This document shows, in pieces, positions 13,482 to 24,330 of a stretch of 64,000 nt of DNA (the stretch's first letter is position 1; the number at the start of each line of letters is the position of its first letter). The stretch comes from Mantamonas sphyraenae STR306 (taxonomy: Eukaryota; Protista; CRuMs), in contig JAPMXV010000077.1 in assembly GCA_026936335.1 (NCBI GenBank), positions 44,276-108,275 on the forward strand. The letters run 5' to 3'. The position numbers and the translations under genes were made by a program. Under the pieces are notes generated by a model that saw only the letters and a program-made list of their open reading frames with translations, ran no database searches and was not told where the DNA came from.

Positions 13482-15622
13482 ATGAGCACAATCGCACAGG
13501 GCAAGGGCAAGGGCAAGGGCAAGGGCAAGGCAGGCAGCAGCAGCAACACCAACCATGGGATGGGCAGTGCGCATGGCCTGTCCACAGATGGACCTGACCA
13601 TTACCTGCAGTCGGAGCGCACAAAGGCGTACGGCCCTCTTTCGCCGCTGCAGGGCAAGGCAGGACCCGACACATCGCCGGCAGTGCGCACGCTGTATCAT
13701 GACATGTACAAGAGTGGCCTGTGTGCCGATGTGGAGATTGTGCTGGAAGGACTGGATGGGGCGGGTGAGTTGGAGGAAGGGGAAGAAACGAGAAGCAAAA
13801 GCAAAAAGCGGGGGCAGCAGAGTGGCACACACACACACACACACACACTGTGGGTTGCTGACACCAAAATGGGGGAATATTGGATGACGAATGATGACGG
13901 GACACACGTACCCGACAGATGGGGAGGAGTTGGGTGGGAAGGATGTGGTGCTTCGTGCACACCGTTCGTTTCTGTGTCTGCACAGCGGAATGTGGCGGTA
14001 TCTGCTGGAGGTTGAGGACGGGGCAGCAGCGTCGTCGGGGGCAGCGGTGTTGGAACACAGCAGGGAGGATGGACAGGGAGGAGGGATGTTTCGAATGGTG
14101 GTGAAGCGGGGCACACAGAGTGTGGGTGTGTTGCGTGCAATGGAAGTGGCGGTGGGGTGGTGCTACGGCGGTACCCTGCCTGTGACCAACGTGGAGCTGT
14201 GTTACAGTCTGTTGGCCGTGGCACAGTTCTGGCTGATGCCCATGCTGACGGAGCATGTGATGCAGTGGGTGGGACAGAGGCATGATGCAGAGACACTGGT
14301 GAGGATGTGTCGTGGGGGCAGTCTCGTGGGGGCCATGGGTGTCGCCGAGGTGGTGCACTCCAATGTGTACCATGCAAGTGTGTTGCGGGTGGCAAAGAAG
14401 TGGGACAAGGTGGCATATGCGGTGAGTTGTGGCATGGTGGCACGTGGGGCGTTTGGGTTTATGCGGGGCTGTGTGTTTGTGGCAATGGTCAAGGTGGCGT
14501 TGGAGCAGCATGGGGAGGAGGGAGTGGACAAGGGGAAGCTGGCACGGGTGGTGGGTGGGTATTTGGACAGTGTGGATGTGGAGGAGATGGTGGAGGCGGA
14601 GGAGGTGGAGTACTTGAGTGGATTGTTGGAGGGCGTTAGGCACAATGAGGAGATGGGACTGCTGAAGGCGGCACTGGCAACAGGTGCGAGTGAGGATGTG
14701 GTGAGAGAATTGTGTGTGTCAATTTCAGACAAGCTGGATGATCTTCGGGAGAATGGGCGCGTGAACATGAGCGGGCTGCCGGTGTGGGTGGTGGAGTTGA
14801 TTCTGAGTGCCGATGGGATCGGTGTGGACCATGAGGACGATGTGCTGGAGATTGTGGAGAGGTATGTAGAGGAACATGATGGGGAGGAGGAGGAGGAAGG
14901 GTGGGAGAGGCGGATGTATGGGTGTGTGCGGTTTGGACTGCTGAGTTCGGAACGTCTTGAAGGGATGCAGGTGGACGGAGAATGGGACACGCGGTATGTG
15001 GACTTGGTGGTGTTGACGAATGGTATGTTAGATATGCACCGCATTAGCAAGGGCAAGGAACCAGTCAACAGCAAGAAACGAGAAATTGGAGAAGAGATTG
15101 TCCCGAGCCTGGACTGGGACCGGGTCGACCAAAGCCAAGGAACATTCACGGAGGACAGCCTGGAAGACACTGCAGAGAATTGGACAACATGGGTTGGCAA
15201 GAAGAAACTGCGCTCGGGACAGCGATGGAGCGTGCGAGTAGACCGATTGACCTACAACATGATCGGGATCTGCAACAGCACCTGTGATCTCAGAAACAGC
15301 GCCGTTGGTAAGTCACCACATCCCAGAACTCCATACACCGATTGCTGACACCACATGGCTCACAGGGAGGAAGCAGGGGAGCTACAGCTGGTACACGTTT
15401 GGCTCGAATGGAAAGACGCGCAAAAATGGAAGTTCCACCAAAATCAGCACGCGCTTCAACCAAGGCGACATTGTGACGGTGGAGCTGGACACCAGGGCCC
15501 ACACACTGACCTTCTCCCGCAATGGCAATGTCGACGTCGTCATCGACAACATTGACGACGACACATGGTACCCTGCTTTCAGCTGCTACAATTCCAAGAT
15601 GACCATTGTGCCCACACCATAG
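13482..15622 (+). CDS. BTB/POZ-BACK-SPRY protein 2 (tandem paralog); exons 13482-13764, 13919-15307, 15366-15622
   Basis: Same architecture and intron positions (13765-13918, 15308-15365). The BTB region is essentially identical to copy 1. Confidence 0.85.
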
Positions 15623-16281
15623 ACCAACCAAGGGATTCTGTATCATCATTGTGTCTCTGATGATGAATCACGCACATTGTCGCCATGGTCACCAGATCCA
15701 TGCCTGCCACACCCCGTCATCGGCTCTCCTCCACGAGGCAGCTCCGCATGCCCTGAATCCAAACAAGATCTCGATATGGATGATAATGGGAGTTGGAAGA
15801 GTGGCTTACGGTGCCTTGCAACGGTACCTGAGGTGGACTGACACGTGCTGAACGAGCAAAAAGCCATGTCGGTGCATGGCAGCACACAGTTCCATTCGAC
15901 TCCTGCACTCGACGCTGCACGTGCTGCATCTCATCAACACCCATCTCGAGAGCTTAGGAGTGACGGCATCGGGAACAGGCCCGGTGGACAACGGCGCGGA
16001 AACTCGACAACAACCGCGTTCCACACCCACATGGGCCACATCCCTGGACGAGGGAAGTGACAACAGCACATACTGCATACACTCCATTATTTATCCACAC
16101 CCTTGCAAGACAGATCATCCTGGGCATCCATGTCATCATCTTGTGACACAAGACCCCACTCCCATCCAAACCCACTTCCCCCTTGTGCAACACCCCCTCT
16201 CTCCTTCTCTTTTGTGTCAACAACAACGATTGCAATGATTTTGTGCCACCCTCGCCCCTTCATTGCTCCCCTCCCCTCCCG

Positions 16282-17457
16282 TCATGTGCTGTGCCCACCA
16301 TGTGCCTCCCGCATGTGGTCATACGTGGCCGCACTTGTGGTGAAGCCAATGCCACACTTGTAGCACACATGGGTGCCACACACACACGCCACATGGTTGC
16401 ACCCGCTCTCCTTGGCCAGCCCATGCCCACACGTGGGACACTGCCTCCACCCACTGCCTCGCCACAGCATCCCCAGCAGCTCATCCCCACGTCGGTTGTC
16501 CCTTGCCCACTGCTGGTACTTGCGACAGTCATGGTTGCCCCTTCCGTCGTCATCCCAGTGCGCCTTGCACCCGTGGCACCATGCCTTGCCACATCGCTCA
16601 CACTCGCATCGTGTGCTGCCCTGTCTCCGTGCCACCGCAGGATCCACCTTGCCCTCGCAGTCTGGCGTCACACACGCATGCCACTTGGCTGTGCGCACAT
16701 CCCACGCCAGCTTGGCCAGCGCCTCCTTGTCCCGCTTGCTCTGCAGCACCCTCATCGCCGTCTTGGTCGACACCCTCACCTCCTTCTTCTTCCCACCCTT
16801 CCCACCCGCCCAGCACATGCGACAGCGCAGAGGCATCATCCGCGACTCCACCTGCGCTGCAATGTCCATCCTGGCACAGTCCAGACACATCCTGTGCTCA
16901 CATCGGGTGCCCAGAAAGGCCATCCCACTCTGCTCCTTGCTCTCCTCGCACACAGCGCAAGGGTAGCAGTGGTGGAACTTGCACTGGTCTCCGTGCTTGC
17001 AATCCTCCCCATGCTTGCACACACGCACTCCCTCGGCCCCACACGCCTTGCATCCTCCCTTGCTCTTGCTCTTGCTCCTGTTCTTGCTCTTGCTCATCTC
17101 CACCTGTGTCTTGCTGCCTGCCCGTGTGCTCAGTGTCACTGTGCTCCGTCCCATGTGCACCTGCGTCACGCAGTGGTGGTCGCGGCATCGCTCTGGGCCG
17201 TACCGACACTTCTCGCCCCATGTGCACTTCTTGTCCTTGGTCGTCTTTGCCCTGCATGTCCCACACACCCTCATCCTCCTGGTGCTGCTGCTGCTGCTCT
17301 TGCGCTGTGTCTGCTCCTTGTCTGTGTCTGTGGTGCTGGTGGTTGTGCAGTGGTGGTTGCGACACTCCCCGGGGCCAAATCGGCACCGTGTGCCCCAGGT
17401 GCAGTTCTTCGGCTTGTCCGTCTGTGTTCCGCATGTGTTGCATGTGCGTGTGCTCAT
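16282..17457 (-). CDS. RBR-type E3 ubiquitin ligase with three N-terminal Cys/His zinc modules
   Basis: RING1: CAVC...CEHRMCLDC...CRMC. IBR: CVTPDC...CERCGKAWCHGCKAHW...HDC. RING2: CPTC...KESGCNHVACVCGTHVCYKC, with the catalytic GCxH. The N-terminus is MSTRTCNTC...CTWGTRCRFGPGECRNHHC plus two related copies. Confidence 0.85.
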   Translation of the reverse strand: MSTRTCNTCGTQTDKPKNCTWGTRCRFGPGECRNHHCTTTSTTDTDKEQTQRKSSSSSTRRMRVCGTCRAKTTKDKKCTWGEKCRYGPERCRDHHCVTQVHMGRSTVTLSTRAGSKTQVEMSKSKNRSKSKSKGGCKACGAEGVRVCKHGEDCKHGDQCKFHHCYPCAVCEESKEQSGMAFLGTRCEHRMCLDCARMDIAAQVESRMMPLRCRMCWAGGKGGKKKEVRVSTKTAMRVLQSKRDKEALAKLAWDVRTAKWHACVTPDCEGKVDPAVARRQGSTRCECERCGKAWCHGCKAHWDDDGRGNHDCRKYQQWARDNRRGDELLGMLWRGSGWRQCPTCGHGLAKESGCNHVACVCGTHVCYKCGIGFTTSAATYDHMREAHGGHST

Positions 17458-17790
17458 CCTGGAATTGAGTTGGTGTGGACATCGCATCGCCATCCTGGTC
17501 GCTTTTCCCTTTGCAGTGTGAGTGTGTGTGTGCAGTTGCGGAGAGTGCAGTGTTTGTGTGCAGTTGCCGATTTTCCTGGGGCCCTGTTCAAAAATCCGCC
17601 CACCGCCCACTGCCCCCACCCACCCAACCCAACCCAACCCATCCCAACACACACACCCAACCATGAGCACACGCACATGCAACACATGCGGAACACAGAC
17701 GGACAAGCCCCAGGACTGCACCCTGGGGCACACGGTGCCGATTTGGCGCCGAGAAGTGTCGCCACCACCACTGCACAACCACCAGCACCA
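17335..17790. repeat. Inverted repeat (arms ~17335-17457 and ~17663-17790) made of the shared 5' coding module of two divergent genes
   Basis: atgagcacacgcacatgcaacacatgcggaacacagacggacaagcc... is present on both strands, with ~205 nt between the two ATGs. Confidence 0.9.
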
Positions 17791-18689
17791 ACACACCCAA
17801 CACCGCCGCCGCCGCCGCCAAGACGACCAAGGCAAAGCCAGGAAGGAGCATGACCCACCGAAGCAGCAAGATCACCACGGAGACGAAGCGAGTGGCCAAG
17901 GCGCCGTTTGACCTGGTCTTCCTGGTCGACACGAGCACTTCCATGCAGGGAGATCGCATGTCTGCAGCCGCCGCTGGGTTCCGCGCCGTTGTGGGTGCCC
18001 TGCGCGATTGCGACCGGGTGAGCCTGTACACCTTTGCGGACAAGGTGAGGAGGGTGTTTGGGCCACTCAAGGCAGCCAAGGTGGATCTGGACAAGGCGGT
18101 GGGCACGCTGGAGGAGGCGTGTGGCAGCCATGGCAGTGGGGTGGAGCAGTTGCTGCAGGCACGGATGACGGATGAGGATCTGGCGAGGGTGTTGCGGGAT
18201 CAGGCAGGCAGCAGCGCCTTCCAGCCGGACGGATACACGGCGCTGTACGACGGCATGGACACGGTGATGGACGCCATGGCACAGTGGCAGACACGGAGCA
18301 ACGCAGGAAAGAGTGCAGGCGCCAACCTGGTGGTGATCACCGATGGGGAGGACACGGCGTCGGTGCAGGCTGGGGCCAGGGACGTGACAGCCAAGCTGGG
18401 GGCGAGTGGCATCCGCAACTTTCACATGCACTTTGTGGGAGTGGGGCTGGACAGGAGGACGGGGGCACGGTATGCCAGCATGTGCAAGGCGTGGACACAC
18501 ACGCGCATGTGGCACAGCAAGGACGCAGAGGATCTGGGCACTCATCTGAAGCGGATCAGCACGATGGTGGTGGAGCAGATGGTGCAGGAGGACAGAGAGG
18601 TCAAGGTGCATGTGCGCGAGCGACGCAGGCGCAAGGTGATTGGCCAGCGAAGGGTCAAGGACGATGGGGAGGGCAGTGGGAGGAAGTGA
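17663..18689 (+). CDS. Zinc-module-vWA protein; as assembled it has a +1 frameshift at ~17721-17723 (vWA ORF 17850-18689)
   Basis: MIDAS motif FLVDTSTSM...GYTALYD...LVVITDGED. Removing one C from ACCC restores CTWGTRCRFGAEKCRHHHC and reads in frame into the vWA ORF. Confidence 0.75.
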
Positions 18690-18959
18690 AGAAATGCAGG
18701 AGAATGGCACACACACACACACATTCATGCAGAGAGGTAGAGGGAGGAGGAGGTGGTGTCTATTTGGACACTTGCAATGGGTACGGATGGGCATGTGTGT
18801 GGAGATGGAAAACTGGGGTTGCGCCAATCGCCACACACACACCAACTGCACATGGAGTCCCAAATGGGAGGGTGAAGACATCACTTTTCCTCTGAGCACT
18901 CGGGTGTCTGTGTGCACACCACTCCATGTTCCACTGCCTCGACACACCCAGGGCACAGC

Positions 18960-19668
18960 ACCCACACACACACACACACACATGGACAATGGCCATATTG
19001 GCACCTGTTCGAGGCTATGGGGGGTGGCAACCAAAGCAGCGAGTCCAACGAAAAGGCCACCCACCGCCCCCTTGGATGGCGACGACGGCACGCAGTTGAC
19101 TGCATGCAGTGGCCATCACAAAAGACATGCGCGGTTGCCATGTGCACAGAGTCAGCCAACCCAACTGACAACCACCCACCATGTCCGGCAACCCATACCA
19201 GCGAGGATCCACTGCCTACCAGCGAGGATTGGCTGCTCACTACCGGCAGCAGGACGACAACCACCAGCGGACCATCCTGAGTCCCGGTGAGCGACGATGG
19301 GTCAACTACGCCATCCATGACCCATCCACGTCCCACAACCCTCGGGTAGAGCAGATGCTGCGCACCATCCAGGACCGACATCCCAACCTGCGACGATGAG
19401 GCAGCGCCCGCCACCCACACCCACCCACCCACACACCCAATGCACACCCACATTCCCCCAACACCCTCCACTCTCTGTAACCCATCCCAGTCCATGGGCA
19501 CACGTCCTCTTGCTCATGTCTTGATCCAACTTGTGGGACAGTGCACACACCACTGGAGGTGAAGGGCGAGACCACATCCATGTGGTCGTCCATTGGGTTC
19601 CACGTGTGCATAGATGGACACTTTGAATGGTGTGGGATTGCATAGAATGCACGAGTGCAGTTGGAGGA
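18960..19668. repeat. Direct repeat copy 1 (~700 bp; partner ~20935-21607), carries the MSGNPY microprotein
   Basis: Shared from (CA)n-atggaca..tggcca through catagaatgcacgagtgcagttggagga. Confidence 0.85.
19181..19399 (+). CDS. 72-aa microprotein (MSGNPY...DPSTSHNPRVEQMLRTIQDRHPNLRR)
   Basis: The paralog at 21141 keeps start, stop and frame despite a rewritten middle. A C/A-rich leader precedes the ATG, as in other genes here. Confidence 0.55.
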   Translation: MSGNPYQRGSTAYQRGLAAHYRQQDDNHQRTILSPGERRWVNYAIHDPSTSHNPRVEQMLRTIQDRHPNLRR

Positions 19669-19732
19669 CTGCACCCAAAATTGGACGACTGCCCGAGGCC
19701 CAGACGCGCCCACCCTTGTCCAGATTGTACCC

Positions 19733-20341
19733 ATGTGCAATTGCAAAAGCGGATGCAAGAACAAACGCTGCACGTGCGTTCGCAATGGTGATGTATGTGG
19801 CAACTCGTGCGGATGTACCAACTGCGAGAACAAAGGAGGAGGCTCTGTGGAGTCTTTGGAAGTTGCCCTCGGCGAGCTGAGCCTGTCGTCGAACAGCTCC
19901 TCAACTGAGTACGTCAAAGCGTACGCAAGCGTAAGTGGCAATAGAAAGATCTTTGAGATTCCCAAGGGCAAGGCATTGCCTGCAAAGGTGCCGGTGCAAC
20001 TGGATGACGAAGACCTTGTTGCCCACGTCAACGGGTCCTCGATGCACAAAAAGAACTGGAAGCAGTACTGGATCAAGATTGTTGAACTCAGCTGGCCATC
20101 CAAATGCCAAATCAAAGGCTGCGGCAACGAGGCTCAGGTCGGAGCACATGTGTACGTGAAGAGCGAACGGTACGTCATCGAGGCAAAGTCCGGAGACAAA
20201 GATCGGCTTCAGTTCATCCTCCCGACGTGCCGTTCATGCAACACCAACGGTGAGGGGAATTACTCGGAGTGGGTGGAACCCAACAAGGGGGCATGGGTTG
20301 CATCGTTGGAAGGCCATGACAACTGTTTTGATTGGTCCTGA
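19733..20341 (+). CDS. CXC/TCR-like Cys-rich domain fused to a His-Cys (HNH/beta-beta-alpha-Me-like) domain
   Basis: N-terminus: CNCKSGCKNKRCTCVRNGDVCGNSCGCTNCEN. C-terminus: NGSS...W..YW...C..GC...GAHV...ILPTCRSCN. A homolog lies at 61045-61365. Confidence 0.7.
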   Translation: MCNCKSGCKNKRCTCVRNGDVCGNSCGCTNCENKGGGSVESLEVALGELSLSSNSSSTEYVKAYASVSGNRKIFEIPKGKALPAKVPVQLDDEDLVAHVNGSSMHKKNWKQYWIKIVELSWPSKCQIKGCGNEAQVGAHVYVKSERYVIEAKSGDKDRLQFILPTCRSCNTNGEGNYSEWVEPNKGAWVASLEGHDNCFDWS

Positions 20342-20934
20342 CCAACAAGGACCGCCCGAAAGAACACGCTGTTCTCCACCGAGGAGGGTCCTCTGTGGCC
20401 ACCACCGCACATGCAAGCGCGACTCTCAAGTGCCACCTGAATCCACAACGCATGACCCCCAGTCCCCCTTCCACAATGTCCACCAGCACATCTCCACCAC
20501 TTCCATCCTATTCAGAACAGGTCACTGCCGGAAGAACTGGGCACAATCTACCTCACCTGCACCCTTGACGGGGTTTCCGGCCCTGCAAGCTCGCCCAGGC
20601 GGAATCGATATCTACGACACCACCAGCCAGTATCAGTTTAACATGTCTCTCGTGCGATGCCAACTGCCACCCAATGGGTGCACTACCAACGATCAGGAGG
20701 AGCACGCTCAGACTTGCGCAAAAAGATGCGAACGCCCGAACTACGAGATGAGCAATAGCCAGGAGCTTGGATAAACCCAGCGTGTGTGTATTACGAAGAA
20801 GGGGGTGGGAACGACGCTCATTCAAACCATTGTGTCAATGACGATGGACAATCGGCCACGGAAGCTGGCCGTCCACATTCCACTTTCACCCGTGCTGTTC
20901 CGTTCTCGCCGAGACTAAACTCTGGCACAGTGTA

Positions 20935-21607
20935 CACACACACGCACAAATGGACAGTGGCCAATGGTATCTGTTCGTGCGAGAGGCACGCTGGTCAGGC
21001 AATTCAACCCAGCAAGGCCACCCACCGCCCGCGGATGGCGACGACGGCACGCAGTTGACTGCGTGCAGTGGCCATCACAAAAGACAGGGTGCGGCTGCCA
21101 TGTGCACAGAGTCAGCCAACCCAACTGACAACCACCCACCATGTCCGGCAACCCATACCACACCACATTCGGGTGCATTTCCCACCAGCCAGGAGCGGCT
21201 GCTCAATACCGGCAGCAGAACCACTATCGGACTGAACGAGTCCACTACCCCTTCCGTGACCCATCCACGTCCCACAACCCTCGGGTAGAGCAGATGCTGC
21301 GCACCATCGAGGACCGACATCCCAACCTGCGACGATGAGGCAGCGCCCACCACCCAACCACACACACACACACACAATGCACACCCACTTGCCCCCAACC
21401 CCCAACACCAACACCCTCACTCTCTCTGTTACCCGTGTCACCCCGTCCCTGCTCATGTCTTGATCCAACTTGTGCGATGTGCACACACCACTAGAGGTGA
21501 AGGGGCGAGACCACATCCATGTAGTCATCCATTGGGTTCGATGTGTGCATGGATGGACACTTTGAATGGTGTGGGATGCATAGAATGCACGAGTGCAGTT
21601 GGAGGAG
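20935..21607. repeat. Direct repeat copy 2 (partner ~18960-19668)
   Basis: Shares the same span as copy 1. Confidence 0.85.
21141..21338 (+). CDS. 65-aa microprotein, paralog of 19181-19399
   Basis: Same N- and C-termini as the paralog, with an in-frame length difference. Confidence 0.55.
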   Translation: MSGNPYHTTFGCISHQPGAAAQYRQQNHYRTERVHYPFRDPSTSHNPRVEQMLRTIEDRHPNLRR

Positions 21608-21799
21608 TTCACCCACTGTACAGCTGCTGCTGCAGGCGGCTCACCACGTCCAAAGGACATTTTGTGGGAATTCTGTTTAAGGTTCGAACGAGACATGCGT
21701 TGTGATCCACACACAATGACATCACACAATCACACACACACTGCTGGCTTCCTTGTGAACGTGTCTCCCTTGTGATCCCCTCCCCCTCCCTCCCAAGTG

Positions 21800-23371
21800 T
21801 CAACGCTGCTTGCACGCCAGGGCCAGATGAACCACTCCTGCATCGTCCTGAAACGACGTCCGGGCCAGCGCCCATTGAGAATCACCGGTGATCTCCACGC
21901 CTGCCACCGCATCGGTGACCACACACGAGGGCAACCGCACACGCAAGGACCCACGACGGCGTTCCAGACCGAGAAGCACCCTGAGCTGCTTCAAATTGGC
22001 GGATGCATCCACCTTGTGCCAGCTCTGCGATCCGGGGTGGTGCGACTGGTACGACATGGAGTGTTTGACCAGAACCTGCTGCGCCTCACCCGCCACGGGG
22101 ATGCCCTGCACTTGGATCTGCTCACCACTGCCCTCGATGGAACTGTTGCCATACACAGCCTTGATTGTGTACGTCCCCGTTTGGTGCACCGTCCACTGGA
22201 CCACACAGCGTGACGCCTTTGCACACTCCACCGACCCGGCAAATCCGTCCATCGTCACACGCAGTGATGACAACACAATCTTGGGTCCGGGTCCCTCGAT
22301 GTCCACCACAATGCGCGGCCATTGGAACGCGTTGCGTACCACGCGAACACGCATGCGCAGATGGGTGGCGGTCAGCTGCACCATCCACTCTGGGAATGTC
22401 ACCTTGACCAGACTCCATGGACGGTAGCTGCTCCGTGAGTCTCCCCTCTGCATCCACACAACCCCGTTGGAGGATTGCACAAACATCTTGTCATTGAGTC
22501 TTGGGAGGGCATGGCCGGTGCCATCGAGCAGAGATACGGCCCTCTGATTGGACACTCTGTTCCCTTGGACGACATAATCCCCCACAATAATTCCGTAGAT
22601 CTGCACCCTCGGTGGCACAATGCTCGTTGTGTTGTCCATGTGCACCAACACTCTGCCCGCCGATCGACTGTTTCCAAGCAGGCCAAGTTGAACATCAGGA
22701 TCGGACGACTCCCACAGACCCAGCCACCTGACATCGTGCCGCACCGCCTCAAATTCCGACCCAATCCACGTCACCGTGGCATTGTTCACATCCACAACCC
22801 ACGCTGCAATGCCCTCCAACTCTGTCCAAGCCAGGTAGCGGCCGGCGGAAAGCTCACGCAGAAAAACATGGGTGGATTCGTCGATGAACCTGCGTCCGTC
22901 GACGTCGCCAGCCACAGTCGTCCAGCGAACAGACTTGCATTCGATGTGATTGAGCCGGGTTTGTCGCAGCTGCACCAGGGTGATGGGAGCGTGTGAGCGG
23001 GGAACGCCTTGTCTTCCGCGCGAAAACGCTGCGAGCACGGTGTCGTCCCACAACGGCGTCAAACGGTCCAGCACGTCCTTGATGTCACACGGCGACGACG
23101 ATGATGATGATGATGATGCACCCTCCCAAGACACAGGCGTCACCGAGTTGTCCTTCCATGACCATAGGGCGAGTTCATGGTTGGTGTCGGTGACCAGTGC
23201 GTTGTGAAAGGCTGCAAACTGCCTCAGAACACGTTGGTGTTTCCACATCTCCACACTCTCTTTCACATCCACTGTCATCTGCAGAGGGGTTTCGTCCAGG
23301 TGCGTCTCCCACGGCAACGCCAGGGCAATCGGCACCACGGCGATCAGAAGAACAAGCGCCGTGAGTTTCAT
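21800..23371 (-). CDS. Secreted protein with beta-rich repeats and a filamin/Ig-like segment
   Basis: Signal peptide MKLTALVLLIAVVPIALA. The segment VVQWTVHQTGTYTIKAVYGNSSIEGS resembles a filamin-type Ig fold. Confidence 0.6.
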   Translation of the reverse strand: MKLTALVLLIAVVPIALALPWETHLDETPLQMTVDVKESVEMWKHQRVLRQFAAFHNALVTDTNHELALWSWKDNSVTPVSWEGASSSSSSSSPCDIKDVLDRLTPLWDDTVLAAFSRGRQGVPRSHAPITLVQLRQTRLNHIECKSVRWTTVAGDVDGRRFIDESTHVFLRELSAGRYLAWTELEGIAAWVVDVNNATVTWIGSEFEAVRHDVRWLGLWESSDPDVQLGLLGNSRSAGRVLVHMDNTTSIVPPRVQIYGIIVGDYVVQGNRVSNQRAVSLLDGTGHALPRLNDKMFVQSSNGVVWMQRGDSRSSYRPWSLVKVTFPEWMVQLTATHLRMRVRVVRNAFQWPRIVVDIEGPGPKIVLSSLRVTMDGFAGSVECAKASRCVVQWTVHQTGTYTIKAVYGNSSIEGSGEQIQVQGIPVAGEAQQVLVKHSMSYQSHHPGSQSWHKVDASANLKQLRVLLGLERRRGSLRVRLPSCVVTDAVAGVEITGDSQWALARTSFQDDAGVVHLALACKQR

Positions 23372-24330
23372 GTTGGGTCCGGCAGGGCAGAGCAGGGGCA
23401 CGGTGGGCATGTCATGGGGTCCCACCATGTTACCTGCAGGTACGATGATGCAAATGTTTTCCTCTCTAATTCTTTGCCTGACAATTGCAAACGTGGCTGC
23501 AAAAAAGGGAAGATCTGCGGTACTGCGCCAACCCAGAGTGCAACAACGCCTCTTTGAGACCAATGCAGACGATGATGGAACATGCGTTCCAATTCGTGTG
23601 TGGATAGACACATCCCAATGGTTTTCGTGCGCCGTGGTACACGAGGGGGGATGTGAACGTGTGTGCAGCTGCCCAAGCGAAAGCACCCTCCATCCAGGGT
23701 GAGGCGTCCCTGAGCACCATCCGGAAGGTGCCATCCACATGCTTCTGGGATCGCAGCCATGGCTTTCTCGGTGTGCAGTTGCCCCTAGACCTCCACCGCC
23801 AGAATTCCTGATTCCCCACACCGCACCCGCCAGACGACGAAAACGGGCACTTGAATGGCACGGGATGGTCCCAAACGACGCATGTGTTCGATGGGAGCCC
23901 ATGCATGCGGTTCATGGCATGACACATGTGCCTGTACATTGTCCAGGTGGAACGGGTGGGTGGAACAAGGAGATGGCTTTGGGCACGACGATGGGTTTGT
24001 TGAACGGCCAATTGGGCGCGGTGTTGAGTCGCACGTTGGCGGAGAACAACAGAGATATCCATTGTGGATGACCATGGATGAGGGAATATCAGCAGCTGCG
24101 GTGCGCAGTGGGGACTACGCTTATCCTTTACCCGTGGGTTTCGTGGAGGGAGGGCTTCATTGAGAGTTGTGGAGAAAGGCACACTGAGAGAGTGTGTTTT
24201 GGTGTGTGTTCAATGAGATACAAGGGGTGGTGAGGTGGGGAAGGGTCATTGTTGTTGGCAAAAAACCCTCTCGCGTCACACTTGATCTTTGGCTGCTTGC
24301 TCACGCGGCCGACCTACAGACACGTTCAAG

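Larger units (their letters stand above)
10600..15950. repeat. Tandem segmental duplication, period ~2.7 kb, carrying the BTB-SPRY gene
   Basis: Upstream (ttttgctgcgtccgaggaagaa...) and downstream (tgatgatgaatcacgcacattgtcgcc...) flanks are shared as well as the coding sequence. Confidence 0.85.

Noticed and set aside
23716-24290. Coding potential of the recurring spacer (e.g. CGESGILAVEVEGQLHTEKAMAAIPEACGW on the minus strand)
   Set aside because: The four copies differ by frame-breaking indels, so it is treated as non-coding or relic sequence.
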